Of a stretch of 24,000 bases of DNA, positions 8,310 through 16,749 are shown piece after piece. A program made the position numbers and the translations under genes. The notes under the pieces were generated by a model, which worked only from the letters and a program-made list of their open reading frames with translations, ran no database searches and had not been told where the DNA came from. The DNA lies in assembly GCA_964655075.1 (NCBI GenBank), contig CAZZLD010000005.1:117741-141740 (forward strand), given 5' to 3'. Position 1 is the first letter of the stretch. Each line of letters opens with the position of its first letter. Source of the stretch: an uncultured Candidatus Bathyarchaeia archaeon. GTDB lineage: Archaea > Thermoproteota > Bathyarchaeia > Bathyarchaeales > Bathyarchaeaceae.

Positions 8310-9431
8310 CTACTGTCCAATCCCGATGGTGTTCCCTATTCCAGCTATTATGACTGAATCACCCTTCTTTGTTCGCTCAAGAATCAACCGCTTAATCCGT
8401 TCAATGACTTTGTCAGCAGCATCAATTACTTCCTTCCGCATCGTGGAAACCGCGTCTCCGAGGCTTTCCTTGATTATCACCGCGTTCATAGGAATCTTAT
8501 GCTTAAGCAACGCTTCGTCAGCTTTATATTTCTCGACCCCTGGCCCACCGATGGCCACGCCCACACCCTCAGCGACTTCTCCGGGCTGCTCCCCTTCAAA
8601 CTTCTGAGCGGCATCTATAATGATTATCGTGGCAATCTTTCCGTCGTTTTCCTCTACGATCCGTTTTATGCCTTCCCCGGGCTTACCCACGTTTCCGCCT
8701 GGGCCCTCTGCCTTTAGAACGTAGGCTGTTCGCCCTTCTATGGGCACCTTAGCCATGACAGTGTCCGTGGCTATCGTGCTTTTTTTATGTCCGTGCATTA
8801 ACCTCGCTGCGACAAGCGCTCCTGCACCATCGCCTATAGGTTGACCGTTAGTAAAGGCCCTCAGCGCGTCAGCGTAAGCTTTCGCTTCTTGCATAAGGAT
8901 GGGCAGCGCCATTTGAACCTGCATTATAACGTAGAGGCTCATGGTTTTTTTGCCGAGTAGATAAAAGTGTCTTATGACTTTGTAGATTATGTTCAAGGCG
9001 AGAGCCGCCTCAAGCATGTTCTCCAAGTTGTTTATTTGAGCTTCACTTGCCTCTGGGGCCATACGTTTTATTTCATCCTTAAAACGGAGATCGCGAACAT
9101 CCAGTACATGTTCAAGCTTCCAGACGACGCCTGAGGGATCCATGCTCTCAGGCGGATAGGCAACATATTCCAAAAACTCGTCCACTCTACTCGTGGGATC
9201 TTCTTTGGACTTTCCTATCTCTTTCATGGTGTCTATGGCGACTTTCCGCCCTTCATCCCTCATCTGTTTGAAGCGACCTAGAAAATTCCCCACTTCCCTC
9301 AACATGTTCCACACCTGAATGCGTTGACTGTAAAACATCATGAACACAAAGACCCCGAGCCAAAGTATCTGAAAAATGATTCCGAAAATGTTGTTTTCAC
9401 CGAAAAGTCCCTGCGAGACCCCTTGGATCAC
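8310..9431 (-). CDS. DUF1512-like archaeal membrane-anchored protein
   Basis: N-terminal TM, soluble body with 'PIGDGAGALVAARLM' and 'AEGPGGNVGKPGEGIKRIVEE', and C-terminus 'GDSVIIAGIGNTIGIGQ'. Family recognised by overall resemblance. Confidence 0.6.
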   Translation of the reverse strand: MIQGVSQGLFGENNIFGIIFQILWLGVFVFMMFYSQRIQVWNMLREVGNFLGRFKQMRDEGRKVAIDTMKEIGKSKEDPTSRVDEFLEYVAYPPESMDPSGVVWKLEHVLDVRDLRFKDEIKRMAPEASEAQINNLENMLEAALALNIIYKVIRHFYLLGKKTMSLYVIMQVQMALPILMQEAKAYADALRAFTNGQPIGDGAGALVAARLMHGHKKSTIATDTVMAKVPIEGRTAYVLKAEGPGGNVGKPGEGIKRIVEENDGKIATIIIIDAAQKFEGEQPGEVAEGVGVAIGGPGVEKYKADEALLKHKIPMNAVIIKESLGDAVSTMRKEVIDAADKVIERIKRLILERTKKGDSVIIAGIGNTIGIGQ

Positions 9432-9574
9432 TGATTAATCACCTTTTTCAGGAAAAATACACGCGGTTAGTAATAAACTTTGAGATAAAACGGGTAATAA
9501 CAACTGATTTTTACGTCTATCCAACTGCGACAACGAATTATATATCGATAACCTTTCTAACCGCTTTGAACTGT

Positions 9575-10123
9575 TCAGGAGCCTCGTTTTGTATTTTCAT
9601 AAATGTAGGAACACAGGAGTTTCCACCATTCAGTAAGCCTTTGTGCCTCTTCAATCCATCTGCTGGTTATCTCCGGAGAAGCTTTCGTCTCTTTTGCTAA
9701 TTCTTTTGCTGACGCTTTAGCGAGATCCTCAATTGTATTTATTCCTAAGGCTTTGAGTTGTTTTTCCCTTGCGGGTTCAATGCCTTCAACTTCTGCCAGT
9801 TCAAGGGGAAGCTGGGCTGTGGTAGCGGGTTGAGAAAGGGAGAAGCGGGTCACCATCGCTTTTGACTCTTTCGTTTTCATATCCTGTCTCATCATGTAAA
9901 GACCTATTAGTATTAAGACTACGCACCCAGCGATTGGGGCGGCGAGGAGGCTGAGTTTAATTGGAGCAGGAGTGATCCAGAAATTCCAGAGGCCGGGCAA
10001 CGTTTTCGGGGGCTCTATTGAGATTAGGCAGAATATGCCGAGGAGCGTCGAAGCCGCTAGGCTGAGGGTGATTAAGCCGCCCCAGAAGACAGAGGTTTTT
10101 TCGCCTTCAAACATCTTGAACAC
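9575..10123 (-). CDS. Two-TM protein with C-terminal helix-hairpin-helix (DUF4332-like) domain
   Basis: Two hydrophobic segments, then 'ELAEVEGIEPAREKQLKALGINTIEDLAKASAKELAKETKASPEITSRWIEEAQRL'. Confidence 0.6.
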   Translation of the reverse strand: MFKMFEGEKTSVFWGGLITLSLAASTLLGIFCLISIEPPKTLPGLWNFWITPAPIKLSLLAAPIAGCVVLILIGLYMMRQDMKTKESKAMVTRFSLSQPATTAQLPLELAEVEGIEPAREKQLKALGINTIEDLAKASAKELAKETKASPEITSRWIEEAQRLTEWWKLLCSYIYENTKRGS

Positions 10124-10455
10124 GACTGTGGCTCCACTCTGTTTTTATTCGTTAAGTTAATAAATATACTCACTATTTTCGGCAGTTACTCGAATGGATG
10201 TGAAAAAAAGGTTTTGGTTAATAAATTTATCAGTTATGAACATGGGAAGATGTTTGGGTGCCATTTATTCCAATCTTTTCTTATGGCATGTGAACTATTT
10301 TTGGTAATGAGTATATGCAGGTTGATAAGCCAAGTCCGCTGTTTTCGCTGATTTTGCTCAACTAGCCGCGTGTCATTCTTCATCCCCCTTCAGCATAGAG
10401 TGGACGAGAACCCTCAGAGCCTTGAACACCTCTATGTTAGGGAACTACACGAGGA

Positions 10456-11121
10456 TTAGATTGGAAGTTTTGGTACTACGATCTTTTGTTCCTTGGGTAA
10501 ACTCTCTTTTGTGACTATAATGCTTGGACCTTTAGTTTTGTCAATGTTCTTCTTACCTTTCAGAAACTCGTCAAGGGCTATAGGCATCGACTTTGATAAC
10601 CATGGTGATGCCCCTGAGAGCCCTGTGTTGTAATGCATCGGTATAATGATTTTCGGATCTAGCTTGTTGATAACCGACCATGCTACATCAGGCCCTATAG
10701 TGGCTCCTCCCGCAACTGGCGTGAACACCACATCTACCTTGCCTACGTCCTTCGCCTGTTCTACAGTTAGGTCGTGGCCTAGGTCTCCTAGGTGACACAA
10801 CCTAAGGCCGTCAACCTCTACAACATAGACGCTGTTTTTACCCCTTTGACTGCCGCCAACGGCATCGTGTAGGGTCGCTACCCCCTTCACGAGTATGCCA
10901 TTGACCTCCTTTGCACCTACGAACCCTTCTAAGACGACCCCTCCTTCCTTAAGGACTGGTTTCGAGTTGTTGTGGTCTACGTGGCTGTGGCTACACAGGA
11001 CGACGTCAGCCTTTGCCTTCGGCTCAGGCAGACCGATTCCTCCAAAGGGGTCGAACACAATTGTGGCATTCCGGCCCTTTACTTCAAAGCAAGCGTGTCC
11101 ATGCCATATGATCTTAACCAA
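10456..11121 (-). CDS. Metallo-beta-lactamase-fold metal-dependent hydrolase (UPF0173-like)
   Basis: 'IIWHGHACFEVKG', 'CSHSHVDHN', 'HLGDLGHDLT' and 'IIPMHYNT' are the MBL motifs. Confidence 0.8.
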   Translation of the reverse strand: MVKIIWHGHACFEVKGRNATIVFDPFGGIGLPEPKAKADVVLCSHSHVDHNNSKPVLKEGGVVLEGFVGAKEVNGILVKGVATLHDAVGGSQRGKNSVYVVEVDGLRLCHLGDLGHDLTVEQAKDVGKVDVVFTPVAGGATIGPDVAWSVINKLDPKIIIPMHYNTGLSGASPWLSKSMPIALDEFLKGKKNIDKTKGPSIIVTKESLPKEQKIVVPKLPI

Positions 11122-11283
11122 CGTTCATATCTCCTTTTCAAACATTCTAGGCACAATTGGACAGAACCTTTTAATAACTTTAAGGATGTGCAAGCCTCTA
11201 CAAAACGGATATCTAGGAACCGATGAAAGCCCTCTTCAGGATTGATTGGGAGGACTGGGCATAAGAGCATATTGATAACTCTA

Positions 11284-11303
11284 GGGGGCGCAAGCGCACG
11301 CCC
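11284..11303. repeat. GC-rich inverted repeat (hairpin-capable) in intergenic region
   Basis: GGGGGCGCAAGCGCACGCCC; GGGCG can pair with CGCCC, or alternatively GCG with CGC around a small loop. Confidence 0.35.
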
Positions 11304-11375
11304 AACCACCCGCAGAGAATCGGATGCTTACATTATAAAACGCTCGGGAAAGGTTTTTGAGATTCTTATTCCGCT

Positions 11376-12620
11376 TTATCCAGGTCTGTATCTCAAGAGA
11401 GCGGCAAAGCCTCCCAGAGCTGTGAGCTTTGCTTTTTCTTCCGACTCTGTACGTATCACTTCGACCTTTGCGGCTGTCTGTGAAGCCACATCCTCTAAAA
11501 CGTCTATTATGTCCTTCTCCTCCACCTCGTATTCAACTGCGTTGCACTTCTCGCATGGGCTTGATATCATTTCTTGTATAGTTTGAACCTTCTTCTCCTT
11601 ATTCACTATCTTTGCCCTTGATAGTTCGCATCTTTTGCACATTGCAACAATTTCAATCATGTCCGTACTATCTGTTACTAGCGCAACTTCCACTTCACCG
11701 TTCTTAAGCGCGTTCAACACCGAATCTAAGCCGCAAATGGCCAAACCGTCTTGCTTGCCCATATCTGCCAGAAGGCGCTGCACGGTCCTCTTCTCCTCTG
11801 GCACACCCATATTCTTCAGTGCCTCAGATGATTTGCTAAGCACTTCTCTCACCCCTTCTCTGCCGGCGGATTGCGTATCAACTCTGCTCAGCAGCATATT
11901 CTTTAGCTCATAATGAAGGTAATCGCCCTTTAAGAAATCCTCTTTCGTTGGGCCCGGTCCTCCAACTATCAACGCCGTAACTTTATGGTTCTCGAGAAAT
12001 GCCTTTGTTGCATGCTCCGCAACCCTGTGGAAAAAGTATGTAAGTTCCATGTCACGTTCTCTTTCGTACCTTCTTTGGCTCTCCCCGCCCTTTCCAGACT
12101 TTCCTGGAATCCCCGACGTGATATTTTCGATTAATTCGAGGCGTTCACCATCGAGTATCCCAAAGCTAGCCTCCTTTGAATCCATGGCGACAAGCCCCAC
12201 AACTCTTTCGTCTCTCAGCATTTCCCTTAGCGGCTCTAACCGGAAATGGTCGTCAACCTCGTAAAGATAGGCGGTAATCGGCTCTGGTGGGACGAGCTCT
12301 TCGACGTTCAAAACTTCGCTTTCCGAATCGTTCGCGACGAAAGTTCCAGCAAATATCGCGAGCCCATTCTCTGGAATTTCCTTCTGCAGCTTTAGACGCT
12401 GGATTACATTCTTGAGGGCGTCTTGAAGGCGATCCCTAACGCTCTCAGATTTCATGACAGCAGAATCAGACTCCTCCTTGAGGATTGCGACTATCTCATC
12501 TATTGATTTCTCCCGAGGTATGTAGAGCGAGATGAACTCCATTCCCCTTCCCTCTTTGTCTGCTAGCCACGCTATGAGCTTCCTCAGTTTGTACTGTTTC
12601 ACGGAATTAGTGGTTGCCAT
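11376..12620 (-). CDS. prf1: Archaeal peptide chain release factor 1 (aRF1/eRF1) family protein with degenerate functional motifs
   Basis: Full-length eRF1-family architecture: 'EGRGMEFISLYIPREKSIDEIV', 'VIQRLKLQKEIPENGLAIFAG', 'LIVGGPGPTKEDFLKGDYLHYELK', C-domain 'CKRCELSRAKI...CEKCNA', and 'LTALGGFAALLRY'. The listed start is 12668; ATG at 12620 (MATTNSVKQYKLRKLI) is likelier. Confidence 0.85.
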   Translation of the reverse strand: MATTNSVKQYKLRKLIAWLADKEGRGMEFISLYIPREKSIDEIVAILKEESDSAVMKSESVRDRLQDALKNVIQRLKLQKEIPENGLAIFAGTFVANDSESEVLNVEELVPPEPITAYLYEVDDHFRLEPLREMLRDERVVGLVAMDSKEASFGILDGERLELIENITSGIPGKSGKGGESQRRYERERDMELTYFFHRVAEHATKAFLENHKVTALIVGGPGPTKEDFLKGDYLHYELKNMLLSRVDTQSAGREGVREVLSKSSEALKNMGVPEEKRTVQRLLADMGKQDGLAICGLDSVLNALKNGEVEVALVTDSTDMIEIVAMCKRCELSRAKIVNKEKKVQTIQEMISSPCEKCNAVEYEVEEKDIIDVLEDVASQTAAKVEVIRTESEEKAKLTALGGFAALLRYRPG

Positions 12621-12873
12621 CTGACATCCGTGAAAATGCATTACTTTTTCAGTAACCAAATTTGACACCTTAACATTCAGTTACAGCAGAAGCTAATTTA
12701 TTAGCTTTCTTGATGCCCTGAGAATACTTTGTTTCTTCTGCCACGGGTTTTAAGTGCTAATCAAATTTCATAATTAGCTCTGGTTTAAACAAGTTTAATG
12801 AATGTTTAACATACATTTAAATAAATTGTGGTGAACGAAACATTCAAACAACGCAAAGGTAAGGGAGACATAA

Positions 12874-13158
12874 ATGAGGGTTAAAGTGAAGTATTTTACG
12901 GTTCTCAGGGAGATAACCAAAAAGAGAGAAGAAGAAATTGAGTTGCCCGAGGCGGCTACTGTTGAGGGACTGTTAAATCTTCTTTCTGAAAGGCACGGCC
13001 GCAAATTTACAGAGTATGTGTACGGCGAAGTGGAGAGGGCGCGGTCCCATCTTCAGTTCCTAGTCAACGGCAGAAACACAACAACCATGCAGGGCTTCAA
13101 AACAAAACTGAAAAACGGCGACGAAGTAGCGATTCTACCCCCAGTAGGCGGAGGGTAA
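12874..13158 (+). CDS. MoaD/ThiS-family ubiquitin-like sulfur carrier (SAMP-like)
   Basis: 'MRVKVKYFTVLREITKKREEEIELPEAATVEGLLNLL...FLVNGRNTTTMQGFKTKLKNGDEVAILPPVGGG' has a beta-grasp pattern and C-terminal GG(G). Confidence 0.85.
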   Translation: MRVKVKYFTVLREITKKREEEIELPEAATVEGLLNLLSERHGRKFTEYVYGEVERARSHLQFLVNGRNTTTMQGFKTKLKNGDEVAILPPVGGG

Positions 13159-13180
13159 ACAAGCGCGCTTAGGGGGAGGA

Positions 13181-13843
13181 TTGTTCATAATTTGTGGAAC
13201 ATGGGAAAAGTACTACGAAACGTTGAGGCAGATACCAGATAGATGGAAGCAGCTGGTTCCCTTCGTCGTTGAGGCACTACCTACGTTCAAGCGTTACAAG
13301 TTTAATCACATGCTTGATTTGGGATGTGGTGCGGGCAGGCATTGTATCTATCTGGCGAAAAACGGGTTTAATGTTATTGGGGTTGACATTTCTAAAAGTG
13401 CATTAGAACTAGCAAAGGACTGGGGCAAGAACGAGAAGCTAGCAAACGTAAGTTTCATGCGAGCAACGATGACAGATCTTCCATTTCGTAAGCGTCAGTT
13501 CAATGCGGTGATCAGTGTCAGCGTCATACACCATGCCATGATGAAGAACATCATTAAGACTGTAGACGAAATTTATAGAGTCCTCGAGAAAAATGGGCTA
13601 TTTCTTGCAAATCTTACTTCAGTGGAGGATTATAGATACGGCGGAGGTCAGAAAGTGGAAGGGGGTACTTTTAGAATTTTGGACCATTTTGAAGAAGAAT
13701 CCGTTGAAGAGTTGCATCATTTCTTCACAAAGCAGGAGGTTTCTAAACTATTGGCTCGTTTCACTGAAGCAGAAGTAAAACCCCTTGTTGTAGGTAAAAA
13801 AGATCAACTCCATCACTGGTGGAAAATAACAGCGGTCAAGTAG
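13181..13843 (+). CDS. Class I SAM-dependent methyltransferase
   Basis: 'MLDLGCGAGRHCIYLAKNGFNVIGVDISKSALELA...ATMTDLPFRKRQFNAVISVSVIHH' gives motifs I-III. TTG start. Confidence 0.8.
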   Translation: MFIICGTWEKYYETLRQIPDRWKQLVPFVVEALPTFKRYKFNHMLDLGCGAGRHCIYLAKNGFNVIGVDISKSALELAKDWGKNEKLANVSFMRATMTDLPFRKRQFNAVISVSVIHHAMMKNIIKTVDEIYRVLEKNGLFLANLTSVEDYRYGGGQKVEGGTFRILDHFEEESVEELHHFFTKQEVSKLLARFTEAEVKPLVVGKKDQLHHWWKITAVK

Positions 13844-13852
13844 CGTGCGCTC

Positions 13853-15151
13853 CTAGATGATTTCTGCGGCTAGGTATGTTGAGAAAGCCTTGTTAACTTT
13901 GACTTGGAGGAATTTGCCCAATATGTTCTTTTTGCTTTTTATCACCACAGGTTTGTAGGCAAAGTTTCTTCCTATCCAAGAACCGTTCCGTCCCTTTTCG
14001 TCCACGATTATTTCGCCCTTCCACCCAAGCCAACCTTGATTCCTTTCAAAACAGATTCTCCTGAAAAGCGTGGTCATTCTTTTGCTTCTTTCATTTACTT
14101 CCCGCCTCGGAAGTTGCTCCATGTCTTCTGCAGTGGTTTTCGGTCTGGGAAAGAACTTTGAGATGTTAAGAACCTCAGGCTTTATCTCCGTTATCAGCTT
14201 CATAGACTGTTCAAATGCCTGTTCGCTTTCGTTGGGAAAACCGCAAATTATGTCAGTAGCAACCGTGATTTTCGGAATTTCCTCCCTGAAGGAGGCTACG
14301 ATGTTTTTGAAGGTTTCCACTGAGTAGGGTCGGTTCATAAGTCTCAGAATACCGTTGTCTCCGCTCTGAACAGGCATGTGCAAAAACTTGAAGACCTTTT
14401 CATTTCGGTAAATCCTGATTAAGCGGGGCAATATTTCCGACAGATGCGTAGGATTCATCATCCCGACTCTAACGAAGAATTTTCCTTCAATTTCACAGAT
14501 TTCCTCGAGTAGACTTGCTAAGTCTGTTCCGAGGTCAGCGCCGTAGGCGCCGGTGTCTTGAGCGGTTATCCAAATCTCCCTCGCGCCATCTTTGACCGCT
14601 TTTTCAACTCCACTAACAACGGTTTTTTTCGGATAGGAGAAGAGCCTACCTCGGGCGAAACGGACGCAACAGTAGGCACAAGCGCCTGTGCAGCCCTCAG
14701 CTATCTGCATTATTTCCACAAACCTGTTGGTTCTAACCTTGGGCAACTTCGGTTTGATTGTGGGCTTTTCTGAGAAGAAAATCTTGTTTCTTCCTCCAGC
14801 TTCAGCTTCCTTTACCGCCAAGAGAATTCTGTCAACAGATTGCGGGTCAATGAGAGCCGAATAGTTTGGAGCCGTTCGTTGAATAGCGGGTAAATTGATT
14901 TTAGGTAGGCATCCGGTGATGACTAAGGGTTTGTTTAACTGGCTTAGGAAATGCAGCCGCCAGAGGATTCTGTCCTCGGTTTGTTTCTTAACGCCGCAGG
15001 TGTTGACGAGGAGAACGTCCGCTGACTCAGGTGAACCACTCAGGTGGTATCCTGCCTCTTTTAAGTAAGCCAGCATGACCTCGAGGTCGTATCTGTTGGC
15101 GGTGCAGCCGTAATTTTCAACGTAGATGCAGGTTTCTCGGATGTTCATCAC
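13853..15151 (-). CDS. tRNA (t6A37) methylthiotransferase, MiaB/e-MtaB-like radical SAM protein
   Basis: N-terminal UPF0004 domain ('YVENYGCTANRYDLEVM', 'NTCGVKKQTEDR'), radical SAM 'IAEGCTGACAYCCVRFARG', and a TRAM-like C-terminus. Confidence 0.88.
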   Translation of the reverse strand: MMNIRETCIYVENYGCTANRYDLEVMLAYLKEAGYHLSGSPESADVLLVNTCGVKKQTEDRILWRLHFLSQLNKPLVITGCLPKINLPAIQRTAPNYSALIDPQSVDRILLAVKEAEAGGRNKIFFSEKPTIKPKLPKVRTNRFVEIMQIAEGCTGACAYCCVRFARGRLFSYPKKTVVSGVEKAVKDGAREIWITAQDTGAYGADLGTDLASLLEEICEIEGKFFVRVGMMNPTHLSEILPRLIRIYRNEKVFKFLHMPVQSGDNGILRLMNRPYSVETFKNIVASFREEIPKITVATDIICGFPNESEQAFEQSMKLITEIKPEVLNISKFFPRPKTTAEDMEQLPRREVNERSKRMTTLFRRICFERNQGWLGWKGEIIVDEKGRNGSWIGRNFAYKPVVIKSKKNILGKFLQVKVNKAFSTYLAAEII

Positions 15152-15251
15152 ACAGGAAGGTAAATGGACCTTCTAATAAAAACTATATGGCACACCCCGC
15201 TTTCAACTCAACACGCAAAAAAAGGGCGTACTGCGCATTTTAGGGCTAAAA

Positions 15252-15292
15252 ACGGGTCTAATCGGATTTTAACCCGTGAAACGGGCTTTTTT
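15252..15292 (+). promoter_or_regulatory. Candidate alternative-stem (attenuator-like) element ending in a hairpin plus T-run
   Basis: ACGGGT (15252-15257), ACCCGT (15272-15277) and ACGGG (15281-15285) followed by C and TTTTTT (15287-15292). The middle element can pair with either flank. Confidence 0.3.
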
Positions 15293-15485
15293 GATGCGTT
15301 AAAATTAAGAAAATGTTCGGGTTCTTTAAGGGGTTTACTTTACATAAAGTTGCAAATGGTTTTAGTTGGATTTTGGGAAAGGTTTATTAAGGAAGTCTTT
15401 TTCATATTTAAATCATATTTATTTCTAAATATAATGCAATATATACTTGTCAGCAACATGGAGAGAGTACCACAGGTGATAAGAA

Positions 15486-15653
15486 ATGAGATTAATAACC
15501 TTACATCTACCCGAAACCTATATACAGGCGCTAGATCAGTTGGTGGACAGTCGTTATTATCCCAACAGGGCCGAAGCCATCCGGATAGCTGTCCGCGATC
15601 TGTTGAGCGATGAAGTCTGGAGAAGGGAATTTGTAAATGCAAATAGCAGATAA
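15486..15653 (+). CDS. cdrS: 55 aa ribbon-helix-helix protein, CdrS-like, overlapping the ftsZ start; absent from ORF track
   Basis: Translation MRLITLHLPETYIQALDQLVDSRYYPNRAEAIRIAVRDLLSDEVWRREFVNANSR*. RHH signature 'YPNRAEAIRIAVRDLL'. Overlaps ftsZ ATG (15637) by 17 nt. Confidence 0.85.
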   Translation: MRLITLHLPETYIQALDQLVDSRYYPNRAEAIRIAVRDLLSDEVWRREFVNANSR

Positions 15654-16749
15654 GGCGCTTCAGTCCGTTTGGCCTGAAGCGGTCCACGAGGGGATCCGTG
15701 AACCCGGCTACTGCCGCATAGCGGTTCTCGGCGTTGGTGGCGCAGGAAACAACACCGTTAACCGCCTAATGGAAACAGGAATCGCAGGAGCCGAGTGTGT
15801 CGCTATAAACACGGACATCCAGCATCTCAACGCTGTGCACGCAGCCCACAAGGTTCTGATCGGGGAGAAAACCACTAGAGGCTTGGGGTCCGGAGGAGAC
15901 CCGAAGATCGGAAGAGCCTCAATAGAAGAGTCAATTGAAAAAGTTGACAGCCTACTCACCGACGTTGACATTGCGTTCATTACTGCAGGAATGGGCGGCG
16001 GAACTGGCACAGGAGCTGCTCCTGTAGTGGCTGATCTGGCCCGACGCAAAGGCGCAATCGTGGTCGGAGTCGTCACCACGCCCTTCAAAATCGAAAGGGG
16101 AAGAGGCTGGTATGCAGCGCAGGGATTGAACGCCATGAGGAGAGCCTGCGACACGGTGGTAGTAATTGACAACAACAAGCTTATGGAGGCGGTTCCTCAC
16201 CTACCGTTGATTGAAGCTTTCGGCGTTGCAGACAGCGTTCTGTCAAACATGATCAAGGGCATAGCGGAAACCATATCGGCGCCGAGCCTTATCAACTTGG
16301 ACTTCGCCGACTTTAGAACCATAGTGAAGATGGGCGGAGTAGCCGTAGTTGGCATAGGAGAGTCAGACGCGCCGAACAGGGCGGAGGAAGCCGTTAGAAA
16401 CGCTTTGAGGAGTCCTCTGCTGAACATTGACTATGCGGGAGCAAAAGGGGCGTTGATCCACGTTTCTGGAGATGACGAAATGAGCATAGAGGAAGCAAAC
16501 CGAGTAGCGGAGATCATAACCGGAACCATGGGCGACGACTCCCTCGTCATCTGGGGCGCGAGGGTAGATCCAGCACTAGCAGGAGTCTTAAGGGTAACTA
16601 TGGTCATAACTGGCGTACATTCGCCCGACATGCTGAGCGGCTTCGGAACCATGCCGCCAAAAATCTTCGACTTAGATCCAACCGCCGACTCCGAGGAACC
16701 ACTAAATCTGGACTTGAACCTTGATCAACTTGAAAAAACTAGGCCCTAA
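15637..16749 (+). CDS. ftsZ: Cell division protein FtsZ
   Basis: 'IAVLGVGGAGNNTVNRLMETGIAGAECVAINTD', tubulin signature 'GMGGGTGTGAAPVVADLAR', 'GVVTTPFKIERGRG'. Confidence 0.95.
   Translation: MQIADKALQSVWPEAVHEGIREPGYCRIAVLGVGGAGNNTVNRLMETGIAGAECVAINTDIQHLNAVHAAHKVLIGEKTTRGLGSGGDPKIGRASIEESIEKVDSLLTDVDIAFITAGMGGGTGTGAAPVVADLARRKGAIVVGVVTTPFKIERGRGWYAAQGLNAMRRACDTVVVIDNNKLMEAVPHLPLIEAFGVADSVLSNMIKGIAETISAPSLINLDFADFRTIVKMGGVAVVGIGESDAPNRAEEAVRNALRSPLLNIDYAGAKGALIHVSGDDEMSIEEANRVAEIITGTMGDDSLVIWGARVDPALAGVLRVTMVITGVHSPDMLSGFGTMPPKIFDLDPTADSEEPLNLDLNLDQLEKTRP

Noticed and set aside
11240-11345. Possible tRNA in the intergenic region next to the aRF1-like gene
   Set aside because: No GGTTCRAAYCC-type T-arm and no consistent acceptor/anticodon stems on either strand.
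11635-12264. Plus-strand ORFs 11635..11913 and 12049..12264
   Set aside because: Ser/Pro-rich antisense shadows of the aRF1-like gene, no recognizable domain.
12795-13004. 69 aa minus-strand ORF
   Set aside because: Antisense to the start of the MoaD-like gene and its promoter region; composition not protein-like.
15164-15613. 149 aa plus-strand ORF upstream of ftsZ
   Set aside because: Implausible composition, and its 3' part is out of frame with the convincing RHH ORF 15486-15653.
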